Shown here one piece after another: positions 37,757 to 47,241 of a DNA stretch of 64,000 bases. Source of the DNA: Pseudomonadota bacterium (GTDB lineage Bacteria; Pseudomonadota; Gammaproteobacteria; Steroidobacterales; Woeseiaceae); assembly GCA_022563255.1 (NCBI GenBank), contig JADFNS010000009.1:7295-71294 (forward strand), given 5' to 3'. The notes beneath the pieces were generated by a model. It ran no database searches. It had not been told where the DNA came from and was given only the letters and a program-made list of their open reading frames with translations. Made by a program: the position numbers and the translations under genes. How positions within the stretch are numbered: the first letter of the stretch is position 1; each line of letters opens with the position of its first letter.

Positions 37757-38515
37757 GTGACGAGTCCCTCCGCAAAATCATCGGCAACCGGCAACGTGCC
37801 TCGGCATGTCGCTATCATCATGGATGGCAACGGTCGATGGGCGAGTGGCAAGAGCAAACCACGACACGCGGGCCATCGGGCGGGCGTCAAGTCCGTGCGC
37901 TCCGTCGTTGAAGCGGCTTCGCAGCGCGGCGTCGAATACCTCACTTTGTTCGCGTTCAGCAGCGAAAACTGGGCCAGGCCAGAGGAAGAAGTCAACCGGC
38001 TGATGAGACTGTTTGTCGACGCCCTGCGACGAGAAGTCGACGAGCTGCATCGTAATAATGTAAAGGTCACGTTCATAGGTGCTCTGGACCGTCTGCAACC
38101 TGCGCTCAGGGACAAGATTTCGCAGGCTGAAGAAAAAACGGCTGGCAATACCGGCCTGCAGCTGATTGTCGCCATTGGGTACGGCGGGCGTTGGGACATT
38201 ATTGAGGCGAGCAGGGCGGTCGCCAAAAAAGTAGCGGACGGTGCATTGCAAGTGGACGAGATCGATGAAACCGAATTTGCTCGCAGCCTGCAACTCGGAA
38301 CGACGCCGGATCCGGATCTGCTGATCCGCACGGGTGGGGAGCAACGCATTAGCAATTTTCTGCTATGGAATCTCGCCTATGCGGAGCTCTGGTTTACCGA
38401 CGTGTTGTGGCCGGAATTCGATGCAAAGCATTTCGATGAGGCGCTTTTGTTTTATTCGGGCAAACAACGCCGCTACGGACACACGGGCGATCAGGTAAAG
38501 GTTGTCGGATGCTGA
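37757..38515 (+). CDS. uppS: di-trans,poly-cis-undecaprenyl-diphosphate synthase
   Basis: HVAIIMDGNGRWA...FAFSSENWARP...RTGGEQRISNFLLWN. Confidence 0.95.
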   Translation: MTSPSAKSSATGNVPRHVAIIMDGNGRWASGKSKPRHAGHRAGVKSVRSVVEAASQRGVEYLTLFAFSSENWARPEEEVNRLMRLFVDALRREVDELHRNNVKVTFIGALDRLQPALRDKISQAEEKTAGNTGLQLIVAIGYGGRWDIIEASRAVAKKVADGALQVDEIDETEFARSLQLGTTPDPDLLIRTGGEQRISNFLLWNLAYAELWFTDVLWPEFDAKHFDEALLFYSGKQRRYGHTGDQVKVVGC

Positions 38516-39297
38516 GGACACGCTTTGTTACGGCTGTTATTTCGTTGCTGATTCTCGGTGCAGTGCTATTCCTCGTGCCGCCCGTAGTTGCGCTGCTGGT
38601 CGTCGGTCTTTTGGTACTTGCCGGCGCCTGGGAGTGGTCGGGATTCCTGCAGCTTGGGACGACCGCCTGGCGAATCTCTTACGTCGTCCTGATCGCCGCC
38701 TTGATGGTGGTCACGAGCCTCGTGTTTCCCGGGCAAGCCGATCTGTTGCTGAGCATCGCTTGCGGTTGGTGGCTGCTGGCGTTCGTATGGACGTTCTTCT
38801 TCCCGACGCCGATTCCTGCTGCGGTGCGCTGGGCATGCGGCGTGCTGGTGCTGATACCGTTGTTTGTGGCGCTGCAATCGTTGTACGGGCTTGATCCGAT
38901 GCTGCTGTTATTGTCACTTCTGATCGTGTGGGCGGCGGATATGGGAGCGTATTTTATTGGCCGAAAATACGGTCGCGTCAAGCTGGCGCCGAGCATTAGC
39001 CCTGGTAAGACGTGGGAAGGTGTTTTCGGCGGCCTCGCAGCAGTCGTCGTACTGATCCTGGTGTGGGCGCATTTTCGCGACATGGGCATCGCTGTGCTGC
39101 TGCCGTTTTGCCTGGGCGTCGCAGCGCTGTCAATCGTCGGTGATTTGACGGTGAGCATGTTCAAACGCACCGCCGGCCTAAAAGACAGCGGCAATCTGTT
39201 TCCAGGTCATGGCGGCGTCCTGGACAGAATCGACAGTGTTTCGGCCGCTGCGCCATTATTCGTCATCGGCGTAAAGTGGCTGGAGTTGTTCCCGTGA
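38509..39297 (+). CDS. cdsA: phosphatidate cytidylyltransferase
   Basis: Multi-TM protein with SMFKRTAGLKDSGNLFPGHGGVLDRIDS. Confidence 0.9.
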   Translation: MLRTRFVTAVISLLILGAVLFLVPPVVALLVVGLLVLAGAWEWSGFLQLGTTAWRISYVVLIAALMVVTSLVFPGQADLLLSIACGWWLLAFVWTFFFPTPIPAAVRWACGVLVLIPLFVALQSLYGLDPMLLLLSLLIVWAADMGAYFIGRKYGRVKLAPSISPGKTWEGVFGGLAAVVVLILVWAHFRDMGIAVLLPFCLGVAALSIVGDLTVSMFKRTAGLKDSGNLFPGHGGVLDRIDSVSAAAPLFVIGVKWLELFP

Positions 39298-39352
39298 GTC
39301 GTTCAGGCAGCATTCATCCGCAGTCGCCTATGGTGAGGGAAGGGAACTATTA

Positions 39353-40705
39353 ATGGGTAATGCACTGACCAATCTCCTGTCATTCATCGCCGCGATCAGC
39401 ATATTGGTCGCCGTGCACGAGTTCGGGCATTATATTGTCGGTCGCTGGGCCGGCATGAAAGTGCTGCGTTTTTCCATTGGCTTTGGCAAAACCGTCTGGA
39501 CTTACATCGGTGGCAAGGATAAGACGGAATATTGTGTGTCTGCGATTCCGCTTGGCGGCTACGTCCGATTTCTCGATTCTCGGGAAGGATCGGTAGCCCC
39601 GGAGGATGAGGGCCGGGCTTTCGATCAGCGCCCGATCGCTGCGCGAATAGTGGTGTTGCTCGCCGGGCCCGCTTTCAATTTCATTTTCGCCGTTGCCGCG
39701 TACTGGGTTTTGTTGTCCCCGGGCGTCATGCTGTTAAAGCCCGCGGTGGGCGCCGTGTCGCCCGATTCCTACGCGGAAAAGGCCGGCTTGGTGTTCGGCG
39801 ACAAGATCGTCGCCGTTGGCGCGACCGAAACGCGCGAGTGGGAGGCGGCGCTGGTCGCGATCCTGGGAGAAATGGTTGACGACGGCCGCGTGCCTGTCAC
39901 GTTGGAGAACGCCGCCGGTCAGCGCCGTCAGACCGTTATTGAGGTTGGCGACGACAAGACGCGCCTGACCGAGCCGGGAGTGCTTTTTGTGGGGCTGGGT
40001 TTCGAACCCTGGCAGCCGCCAGCGGTCATCGGTTCGTTGCCCGATACCGGTGCCGCCTACGCTGCCGGCATGGCCGTTGGGGATCGAATCACGGCGATCG
40101 ACGGCATGCCGGTTACGAATTTCAGCGATCTCAGAGACGCCGTTGGTCCGCGCGCGGGTCAGGCCGTTGTGATCGATTTCGTTCGCGATGGCTACGACGA
40201 ATCGCTCGAAGTGGTGCTCGGCGAGCAAGAGGTCAACGGTGAAACGCGCGGTCTTCTGGGCGTCGCATTGCCGGAGTCGACGAACGATTATTACTATCGC
40301 AGAAGTTACACGCCCGCCGAATCATTGCGTGCGGCTGCCGTGAAAACCTGGACTTCGACTGTATTTACGGTACAGATGCTCAGTCGCATGGTGACCGGCG
40401 ACGTCTCTATCAAGAACATCAGCGGACCTATTAATATAGCCCAGTTCGCCGGAGCATCGGCGCAGCGCGGCCTCAGCAGTTTCATCGGCTTCCTGGCAAT
40501 TATCAGTATCAGTCTTGGCGTCCTGAATTTGCTGCCGATTCCGGTGCTCGACGGGGGCCAAATCGTTTACCAACTCGTAGAAATGGTGAAAGGCAGTCCG
40601 ATGACCGAGCGGGCGCAGATTCTGGGCCAGCAAGCAGGCATACTTGCGTTGCTGTTGCTGATGAGCTTCGCTTTCTATAACGATATTCTGAGAATTCTCG
40701 GGTAA
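39353..40705 (+). CDS. rseP: sigma-E protease regulator RseP (site-2 zinc metalloprotease)
   Basis: HEFGHY zinc motif, PDZ segments and a C-terminal LNLLPIPVLDGG. Confidence 0.95.
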   Translation: MGNALTNLLSFIAAISILVAVHEFGHYIVGRWAGMKVLRFSIGFGKTVWTYIGGKDKTEYCVSAIPLGGYVRFLDSREGSVAPEDEGRAFDQRPIAARIVVLLAGPAFNFIFAVAAYWVLLSPGVMLLKPAVGAVSPDSYAEKAGLVFGDKIVAVGATETREWEAALVAILGEMVDDGRVPVTLENAAGQRRQTVIEVGDDKTRLTEPGVLFVGLGFEPWQPPAVIGSLPDTGAAYAAGMAVGDRITAIDGMPVTNFSDLRDAVGPRAGQAVVIDFVRDGYDESLEVVLGEQEVNGETRGLLGVALPESTNDYYYRRSYTPAESLRAAAVKTWTSTVFTVQMLSRMVTGDVSIKNISGPINIAQFAGASAQRGLSSFIGFLAIISISLGVLNLLPIPVLDGGQIVYQLVEMVKGSPMTERAQILGQQAGILALLLLMSFAFYNDILRILG

Positions 40706-40731
40706 CTCCGAACCAACGGAACATTTTGCAG

Positions 40732-43107
40732 ATGAGATACACTTTATTCGCGTTGCTCGCAGCGCTGCCATTGAGCACGATGGCGGCTGAAGATTTTGTC
40801 GTCAAAGACATGCGGGTCGAAGGGCTGCAACGAATTTCCGAAGGTACTGTCTTCAATTATCTGCCGATCAATATCGGCGACACGATCGACGGCACTCGGG
40901 TTGGCGAGGCGATCCGGTCGTTGTACGGGCAGAATTTGTTTGATGACATCGAAATGCGTCGCGAAGACGACACGTTGGTCATTATTGTCGAAGAGCGGCC
41001 GTCGATTGAGAGCTTCGACATTGACGGCAATAAAGACATCAAGACGGAAGACCTGATGGAGTCGCTCCGTGGCGTCGGTCTGGCACGAGGCCGCACCTTT
41101 GATCGCTCAGTACTCGATAACGTCGGTATGTTTTTGCGAGAGCAGTACTACGATCGTGGCAAATACGGCGTGGTCATCGACACGGATATTCAGGATCGCC
41201 CGAACAACACGGTCCGTATTAAAATCGACGTAAAAGAAGGGGAACGCGCGAAGATCCGCCAAGTGAATATTGTTGGCAACGACTCCTTCGATGAAAAAGA
41301 GATCCGTGCCGATTTCACGCTCGATACCGCGAACTGGCTGTCCTGGATCCGTCAGGACGATCGCTATGCGAAGGAATCGCTGGAAGGCGATCTTGAAATA
41401 CTGAAGTCATTTTACATGGATCGCGGCTATGCCGATTTCCGCATCGAGTCGACGCAGGTCGCTATTTCGCCCAACAAGAAAGACATCTACGTCACGATCA
41501 ATATTCATGAAGGGGACGTGTATACGATTTCCGAGGTCAGGCTTGTTGGCGAGATGATGGTGGCAGAGACGTTTCTGAAATCGCAGATTCTCGCGCAGCC
41601 GGGTTCGGTTTTTAATCTGAATTTACTCACCGTGTCGGCGGAACGTATGCAATTCATCCTTGGCGCGGAAGGTTATGCCAACGCCGAGATCGAACCGGTG
41701 CCGGATTTGGATCACGAGACGAAAGAGGCGGCCGTCACCTTTTATATGAATCCGCAAAGCCGGGTGTATGTGCGTAAAATCAATTTCCACGGCATCGACC
41801 AGGTCGACGACGAGGTGTTGCGTCGTGAGATGCGACAAATGGAAGGCGCGTATTTGTCGAACGCGTTGATGGACCGTTCCAAGATTCTTTTGCAGCGATT
41901 GCCGTACATTGAACCCGGCGTAGATTATCGGACGTCGCCCGTATCGGGAAGTCCTGATGTCGTGGATATCGATGTTGATCTTGAATATCGCATGCCAGGG
42001 CAATTTTCTGGTGGCCTGGGCTACTCGCAATCGCAGAAGCTGTTGCTGAATGCCAGCGTCGTGCACACCAACTTTCTGGGCACGGGCGACCGCGTCGCAA
42101 TCGAACTCAATTCCGGTCGCTTTCAAAAACTCTACAGCATTTCGCACACGGATCCGTATCGATCCATGGACGGGATTCGTCGCACCTTAAGCATTAATTT
42201 CCGAGACATAACACAGTTCACGTCTGCATCTTCCGATTTTTCGACTACCAGTGCCGGTGCGACCATCGACTACGGCTATCCGATTTCGGAATACCAGTCC
42301 TTGTCTTTCGGCGTGAATTTTCAACACTCCGAACTGGTGACGTCAAGCAACAGCACGCTGCAGGCGCAAGCCTGGGTAACCGAAAACGGCAATCCGTTTG
42401 TGGAGGACCTTCCCAACGGAGTCACGTTGTCCGGTTCAGTTTTCAATGTTTTCGAAGCCATCGTCGGTTGGACGTACGACAGTCGCAACCGTTCGATATT
42501 TGCAACTCGCGGGATGCGACAGCAGGTGTTCCTGAGCGCCGCCGTACCGGGCGGCGATGTCGAGTACTTCCAGGCGCGCTATAATTTTACGAAATACTTT
42601 CCGCTCTCACCGCGGTGGGTCGTGCGATTAAACGCGGAATTTGGAATTGGGCAGGCGCTCGGCGCTACGACGGCGGTGCCGCCGTATAAGCAGTTCTACG
42701 GCGGTGGACCCAAGACAGTACGCGGTTTCAAGGAATCTTACCTCGGACCGCGGGATAGCTTCGGTCGTCCGTACGGAGGTAACGTATTGGTTGCGAGTCA
42801 GCTAGAGCTTATAATTCCTCTGCCGGACAAGTTTGCCAGCCAGGCGCGGGCGAGCTTTTTTTACGATATTGGCAACGTGTTCAACACCGGTGAGGTCGCA
42901 TTTACCGACAAGTTGGGCAGCCCGCTGGAATACAAACCCGATTTTTCCGAATTGCGTGCATCGGTTGGCATTGGAGTGCAGTGGCTTGCGCCGCTGGGTA
43001 TGTTCCGCTTCAGTTATGCTTTCCCGCTGAATGCGTATGATGGCAATGACAGGTACTACGGAGATGAGCTGGAACGCTTCCAGTTCTCCATTGGACAAGC
43101 GTTTTAA
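40732..43107 (+). CDS. bamA: outer membrane protein assembly factor BamA
   Basis: Signal peptide, then POTRA repeats (VKDMRVEGLQRISEGTV...) and a C-terminal barrel ending FQFSIGQAF. TTG at 40726 is also possible. Confidence 0.95.
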   Translation: MRYTLFALLAALPLSTMAAEDFVVKDMRVEGLQRISEGTVFNYLPINIGDTIDGTRVGEAIRSLYGQNLFDDIEMRREDDTLVIIVEERPSIESFDIDGNKDIKTEDLMESLRGVGLARGRTFDRSVLDNVGMFLREQYYDRGKYGVVIDTDIQDRPNNTVRIKIDVKEGERAKIRQVNIVGNDSFDEKEIRADFTLDTANWLSWIRQDDRYAKESLEGDLEILKSFYMDRGYADFRIESTQVAISPNKKDIYVTINIHEGDVYTISEVRLVGEMMVAETFLKSQILAQPGSVFNLNLLTVSAERMQFILGAEGYANAEIEPVPDLDHETKEAAVTFYMNPQSRVYVRKINFHGIDQVDDEVLRREMRQMEGAYLSNALMDRSKILLQRLPYIEPGVDYRTSPVSGSPDVVDIDVDLEYRMPGQFSGGLGYSQSQKLLLNASVVHTNFLGTGDRVAIELNSGRFQKLYSISHTDPYRSMDGIRRTLSINFRDITQFTSASSDFSTTSAGATIDYGYPISEYQSLSFGVNFQHSELVTSSNSTLQAQAWVTENGNPFVEDLPNGVTLSGSVFNVFEAIVGWTYDSRNRSIFATRGMRQQVFLSAAVPGGDVEYFQARYNFTKYFPLSPRWVVRLNAEFGIGQALGATTAVPPYKQFYGGGPKTVRGFKESYLGPRDSFGRPYGGNVLVASQLELIIPLPDKFASQARASFFYDIGNVFNTGEVAFTDKLGSPLEYKPDFSELRASVGIGVQWLAPLGMFRFSYAFPLNAYDGNDRYYGDELERFQFSIGQAF

Positions 43108-43119
43108 GGAATGGAATAC

Positions 43120-43656
43120 ATGAGTTTTATGAAGCGAAGATTGGTTAAAGCTAGTTTGGGCGTAGCGCTGATTTTAGTACTTGCGACGCCGGCTCTGGCT
43201 CAGGAAGTCAAGATAGGCGTTGTGAGCCTGCAGGCTATCGTGGAGCGTGCGCCGCAGACGAAAGCGGTCATGGACGCGTTGCGCGAGGAGTTCGCACCGC
43301 GCGAACGTGAAATCCGCGCGAAACAAAAAGAAATAGAGGATCTTCAGGCCAAGGTGCAGAAAGATCTGGCTGTCATGGGTGAAACAGAACGCCGCAACGC
43401 CGAGAAAAATCTCCGCGAGCTGCAGCGCGATTTCACGCGGCTGCGTACCGAGTATCAGGAAGACAGCAATCTGCGTCAAAACGAAGAAATCAGTATTTTG
43501 CAGCGTTCGGTACTCAAAGAAGTTCAGGACTACGCGGCGGCGCAGGGTTACGATCTTATCGTTGGTGATGGCGTACTGTATGCAAGCAGCGCGGTGAATA
43601 TCACCGAAGCAGTGCTGCGCGCAGTTGAGGCCAACTACCAGGCGACTTCGCCGTAA
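43120..43656 (+). CDS. skp: periplasmic chaperone Skp (OmpH)
   Basis: Signal peptide, coiled-coil-rich, positioned between bamA and lpxD. The start is ambiguous (43111, 43120 or 43129). Confidence 0.85.
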   Translation: MSFMKRRLVKASLGVALILVLATPALAQEVKIGVVSLQAIVERAPQTKAVMDALREEFAPREREIRAKQKEIEDLQAKVQKDLAVMGETERRNAEKNLRELQRDFTRLRTEYQEDSNLRQNEEISILQRSVLKEVQDYAAAQGYDLIVGDGVLYASSAVNITEAVLRAVEANYQATSP

Positions 43657-43684
43657 GCTCCGACTACCAGCGACGACGTATTCA

Positions 43685-44689
43685 ATGCCGATCAGTCTCG
43701 GAGAGCTTGCTACCAGTTTTGGCTGCGAGCTGATCGGTGATCCGGATACGATAGTCAGCTATCTTGCCGCATTGCAAAATGCAGAAAGCGGGTCGCTGAC
43801 TTTTCTTTCGGGGGCCTCTTTTTTGAAGTATCTGTCGGCGACGCAGGCCGCCGCCGTGATCTTGCGGGCTCAGGACGTCGACCAATGCCCGGTCGCGGCG
43901 CTGATCTGCGACGACCCCTACGCGACCTACGCACGCATGGCCGCGGTCATTTGTCCGCCGCCGGCATTCACTCCGGGCGTGCATGCTTCGGCAGTCGTGG
44001 CCAGCACCGCAACCGTAGCGGCAAACGCGCATCTTGCCGCCAACGTCGTTGTCGGCGAGGGTACTACGATCGGTGAAAATACCTACGTTGGTCCGGGCTC
44101 CGTGATTGGGCCGGACTGCAGCATCGGCAATGACTGTCGCTTGATCGCAAACGTGACGCTCGTGAAGCAGGTGGTGATTGGTGCACGCGGCATCTTTCAT
44201 CCGGGCGTTGTTATCGGCGCCGACGGATTTGGCAATGCCAGTACGGCGGAAGGCTGGGTCAAGGTGCCGCAGATCGGCGGCGTCCGTATTGGCAACGATG
44301 TGGAAATTGGCGCGAATTCAACCATCGATTGCGGCTCAATCGACGACACGGTTATCGGAGACGGCGTCCGCATAGACAATCTCTGCATGGTCGGGCACAA
44401 CGTTCACCTGGGTGCGCACACCGCCATGGCCGCGACGGCCGCCATCGCCGGGAGCGCGAAGATAGGCGAGCGTTGTATTTTCGCTGGCGCCTCCGGCACT
44501 GTCGGACATATTGAGGTATGCGACGACGTTACCGTTGCCGCCCTGTCATTTCTAAGCAAAGATGTCACGGAACCGGGAAACTACGCGGCCAGCTTTCCTG
44601 CCGTTGCCGCAAAGTCCTGGCGCAAGCAATTGGCCAGATTCCGCCGTCTCGGCCAGCTAAACGAGCGCGTCAAGAAGCTCGAAAAATGA
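43685..44689 (+). CDS. lpxD: UDP-3-O-(3-hydroxyacyl)glucosamine N-acyltransferase
   Basis: MPISLGELA... N-terminal domain followed by left-handed beta-helix hexapeptide repeats. Confidence 0.9.
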   Translation: MPISLGELATSFGCELIGDPDTIVSYLAALQNAESGSLTFLSGASFLKYLSATQAAAVILRAQDVDQCPVAALICDDPYATYARMAAVICPPPAFTPGVHASAVVASTATVAANAHLAANVVVGEGTTIGENTYVGPGSVIGPDCSIGNDCRLIANVTLVKQVVIGARGIFHPGVVIGADGFGNASTAEGWVKVPQIGGVRIGNDVEIGANSTIDCGSIDDTVIGDGVRIDNLCMVGHNVHLGAHTAMAATAAIAGSAKIGERCIFAGASGTVGHIEVCDDVTVAALSFLSKDVTEPGNYAASFPAVAAKSWRKQLARFRRLGQLNERVKKLEK

Positions 44690-45456
44690 TTCATTCCACT
44701 GCCATTATTGCCGCGTCAGCCGTCATTGCGGACGATGTTGAGATCGGCGCGTATTCGATTGTCAGCGATCATGTGGAAATCGGCAATGGCACGAAAATCG
44801 ACAGCCATGTGGTCATCAATGGACCGACAGTTATTGGCAAAGAAAATCACATCTATCAATTTTGCTCGATAGGCGATGATCCGCAGGACATGAAGTACGC
44901 GGGAGAATCAACGCGCCTGATCGTCGGCGACCGAAATACGATTCGGGAGTTTTGTACTTTGAGTCGCGGCACGACGCAGGGCGCCGGTGAGACGATCCTG
45001 GGCAATGACAACTGGATCATGGCGTACGTGCACATCGCACACGACTGTGTGATCGGCGACAAGACGATCATGGCGAACAACACGACGCTGGCCGGGCATG
45101 TGCATGTGGGTGACTGGGTGATCTGTGGCGGTTTCTCAGGTGTGCATCAATTCTGCAGGATTGGTGCGCACGCTTTTCTGGGGATGTACGCGGGAATCAA
45201 TCGCGACGTGCCGGCGTACACGCTGGTGTCCGGGCAGCCTGCCGCGCCGAAGGGCATCAACAGCGAAGGCTTGAAACGCCGGGATTTTTCGGTGGACCAG
45301 ATTCGCAATATCAAGAACGCTTATCGGCTCGTATTTCGCAAAGGCTACAAGCTCGCCGAGGCGATAGAACAGATTGAGGCAATCGTCGACGGGCAGCCCG
45401 AGTTGTCGTTGTTTCTTGATTCGCTGCGCTCGTCCGAGCGTGGCATCGTCCGCTAG
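44686..45456 (+). CDS. lpxA: acyl-ACP--UDP-N-acetylglucosamine O-acyltransferase
   Basis: MIHSTAIIAASAVIADDVEIG plus hexapeptide repeats. ATGA overlap with the lpxD stop. Confidence 0.9.
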   Translation: MIHSTAIIAASAVIADDVEIGAYSIVSDHVEIGNGTKIDSHVVINGPTVIGKENHIYQFCSIGDDPQDMKYAGESTRLIVGDRNTIREFCTLSRGTTQGAGETILGNDNWIMAYVHIAHDCVIGDKTIMANNTTLAGHVHVGDWVICGGFSGVHQFCRIGAHAFLGMYAGINRDVPAYTLVSGQPAAPKGINSEGLKRRDFSVDQIRNIKNAYRLVFRKGYKLAEAIEQIEAIVDGQPELSLFLDSLRSSERGIVR

Positions 45457-45468
45457 GAGGCAACGCGG

Positions 45469-46605
45469 ATGCGTATCGGCTTCGTTGCTGGCGAGTCCTC
45501 CGGCGATCTGCTGGGCGCAGGCCTTATTCTGGAATTGAAGCGGCGCTATCCGGACGCGGTGTTCGAAGGCGTCGCGGGACCTGCGATGCTGGCGGCCGGT
45601 TGTGAGCAGTGGCACCGTGCCGAGACTCTGGCCGTCTTCGGCCTGGTTGAGACGCTGGCGCACATCCCGCGTCTGTTGCGTCTGCGCAGGGAACTGTGCA
45701 GGCGGTGGCAGCATTCGCCCCCCGACGTGTTTGTCGGTATCGACTCGCCGGACTTCAATCTGGGCCTCGAGAAAAAACTGCGCGCCGCCGGCATCAAGAC
45801 CATTCACTATGTTAGTCCGTCGATCTGGGCATGGCGCTACGGTCGTATCAAGACGATACGAGCGGCAGCGGACAAGGTGCTGTGCATACTGCCGTTCGAG
45901 AAGTCGCTGTATGACGAACAGGGCATTGACGCGGTATTTGTAGGGCACCCGAAGGCGGATAGCACGCCGGAGTTTGCTGATGCCGCCAGCGCCCGGCAGG
46001 CGTTGGGAGTCACTGCGCGGACCGTCGTGGCGGTCTTGCCGGGCAGCCGGGCCGGTGAAATATCCCGCCTGGGCGAGCCCCTGGTGGCGGCGGCTGCGCT
46101 GATAGCAAAAACCTGTAGCAGCATTCAATTCATCACCCCCGTCGCGACGCCCGCGCTGCGACCGGCCATCGAGCGCCAGATTGCTGCTGCAGGCCTGACG
46201 GATATGTTCCTGCTGCTCGACGGCGACTCTGAACGCGCCATGTTGGCAGCCGATGTCGTGTTACTCGCGTCGGGCACCGCAGCATTGGAGTCTGCGCTTC
46301 TGGGTAAGCCAACGGTTGCTGTTTACGGGGTCGCGCAACTGACCTACTGGATTCTGACGCGGCTGCGCCTCGTCAGGTTAAGCCATTACACGCTGCCAAA
46401 TCTGCTCATGGAGATGCCGCTGGTGCCGGAGTTCATACAAGGCGATATCCGTCCGCAAGCCGTCGCAAATGCTGTCATCGAATTACTGGACGACCCGGAT
46501 CGCAGGCGAATCATCGGCGACAGATTTGCTAAACTGCGAGCCGAGCTGGCGCAAAATACAGACCAGCGTGCAGCGGACGCGGTGGTCGCGCTTCTGCATC
46601 GATAA
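45469..46605 (+). CDS. lpxB: lipid-A-disaccharide synthase
   Basis: MRIGFVAGESSGDLLGAGLI...YVSPSIWAWR. Confidence 0.9.
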   Translation: MRIGFVAGESSGDLLGAGLILELKRRYPDAVFEGVAGPAMLAAGCEQWHRAETLAVFGLVETLAHIPRLLRLRRELCRRWQHSPPDVFVGIDSPDFNLGLEKKLRAAGIKTIHYVSPSIWAWRYGRIKTIRAAADKVLCILPFEKSLYDEQGIDAVFVGHPKADSTPEFADAASARQALGVTARTVVAVLPGSRAGEISRLGEPLVAAAALIAKTCSSIQFITPVATPALRPAIERQIAAAGLTDMFLLLDGDSERAMLAADVVLLASGTAALESALLGKPTVAVYGVAQLTYWILTRLRLVRLSHYTLPNLLMEMPLVPEFIQGDIRPQAVANAVIELLDDPDRRRIIGDRFAKLRAELAQNTDQRAADAVVALLHR

Positions 46606-46638
46606 AGACCATCAGGCAGATCCAACATTCGGCTACCC

Positions 46639-47241
46639 ATGCAGCAAACGAACAGATTGAAGTTTGGCGGGCTTCTGGCCGGCATTGACGAGGCAGGCCG
46701 AGGTCCGCTCGCGGGCCCGGTGGTTGCAGCTGCGGTCATATTGAACCCGAATGCCGCTATCCGGGGGCTGGTGGACTCCAAGAGGCTGTCGGCGCAGCGA
46801 CGTGACGCGCTCGCCAGGCAAATAAAGCAGGGTGCGCTGGCCTGGTCGGTTGCCTGGGCCGACGCCGCGGAAATTGATGCGATCAATATACTCGCTGCAA
46901 CGATGCTGGCGATGCGGCGCGCGATCCTGAGCTTGCGCATCATGCCTGAAATCGTGCAGATCGACGGCAATCGGCTGCCGGATTTGCGCTTCGGGAACAC
47001 GACGGTTGTGGGCGAGGCAATCGTTGGAGGCGATGACATTGTTCCCGCGATCAGCGCGGCGTCCATCATCGCCAAAACCACTCGCGACCGGATGATGGTT
47101 AGTCTCGATAAAATCTATCCGTGCTACGAATTCGCGCGACACAAGGGCTACGGTACACAGATCCACCGCAACAACTTGCGAGAATTCGGGCCGTGTCGTG
47201 CACATCGACGAACCTTCGCGCCCGTCAGGGCCGTTTCCTGA
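46639..47241 (+). CDS. rnhB: ribonuclease HII
   Basis: [20 protein letters not shown]...DSKRLS. Confidence 0.9.
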   Translation: MQQTNRLKFGGLLAGIDEAGRGPLAGPVVAAAVILNPNAAIRGLVDSKRLSAQRRDALARQIKQGALAWSVAWADAAEIDAINILAATMLAMRRAILSLRIMPEIVQIDGNRLPDLRFGNTTVVGEAIVGGDDIVPAISAASIIAKTTRDRMMVSLDKIYPCYEFARHKGYGTQIHRNNLREFGPCRAHRRTFAPVRAVS

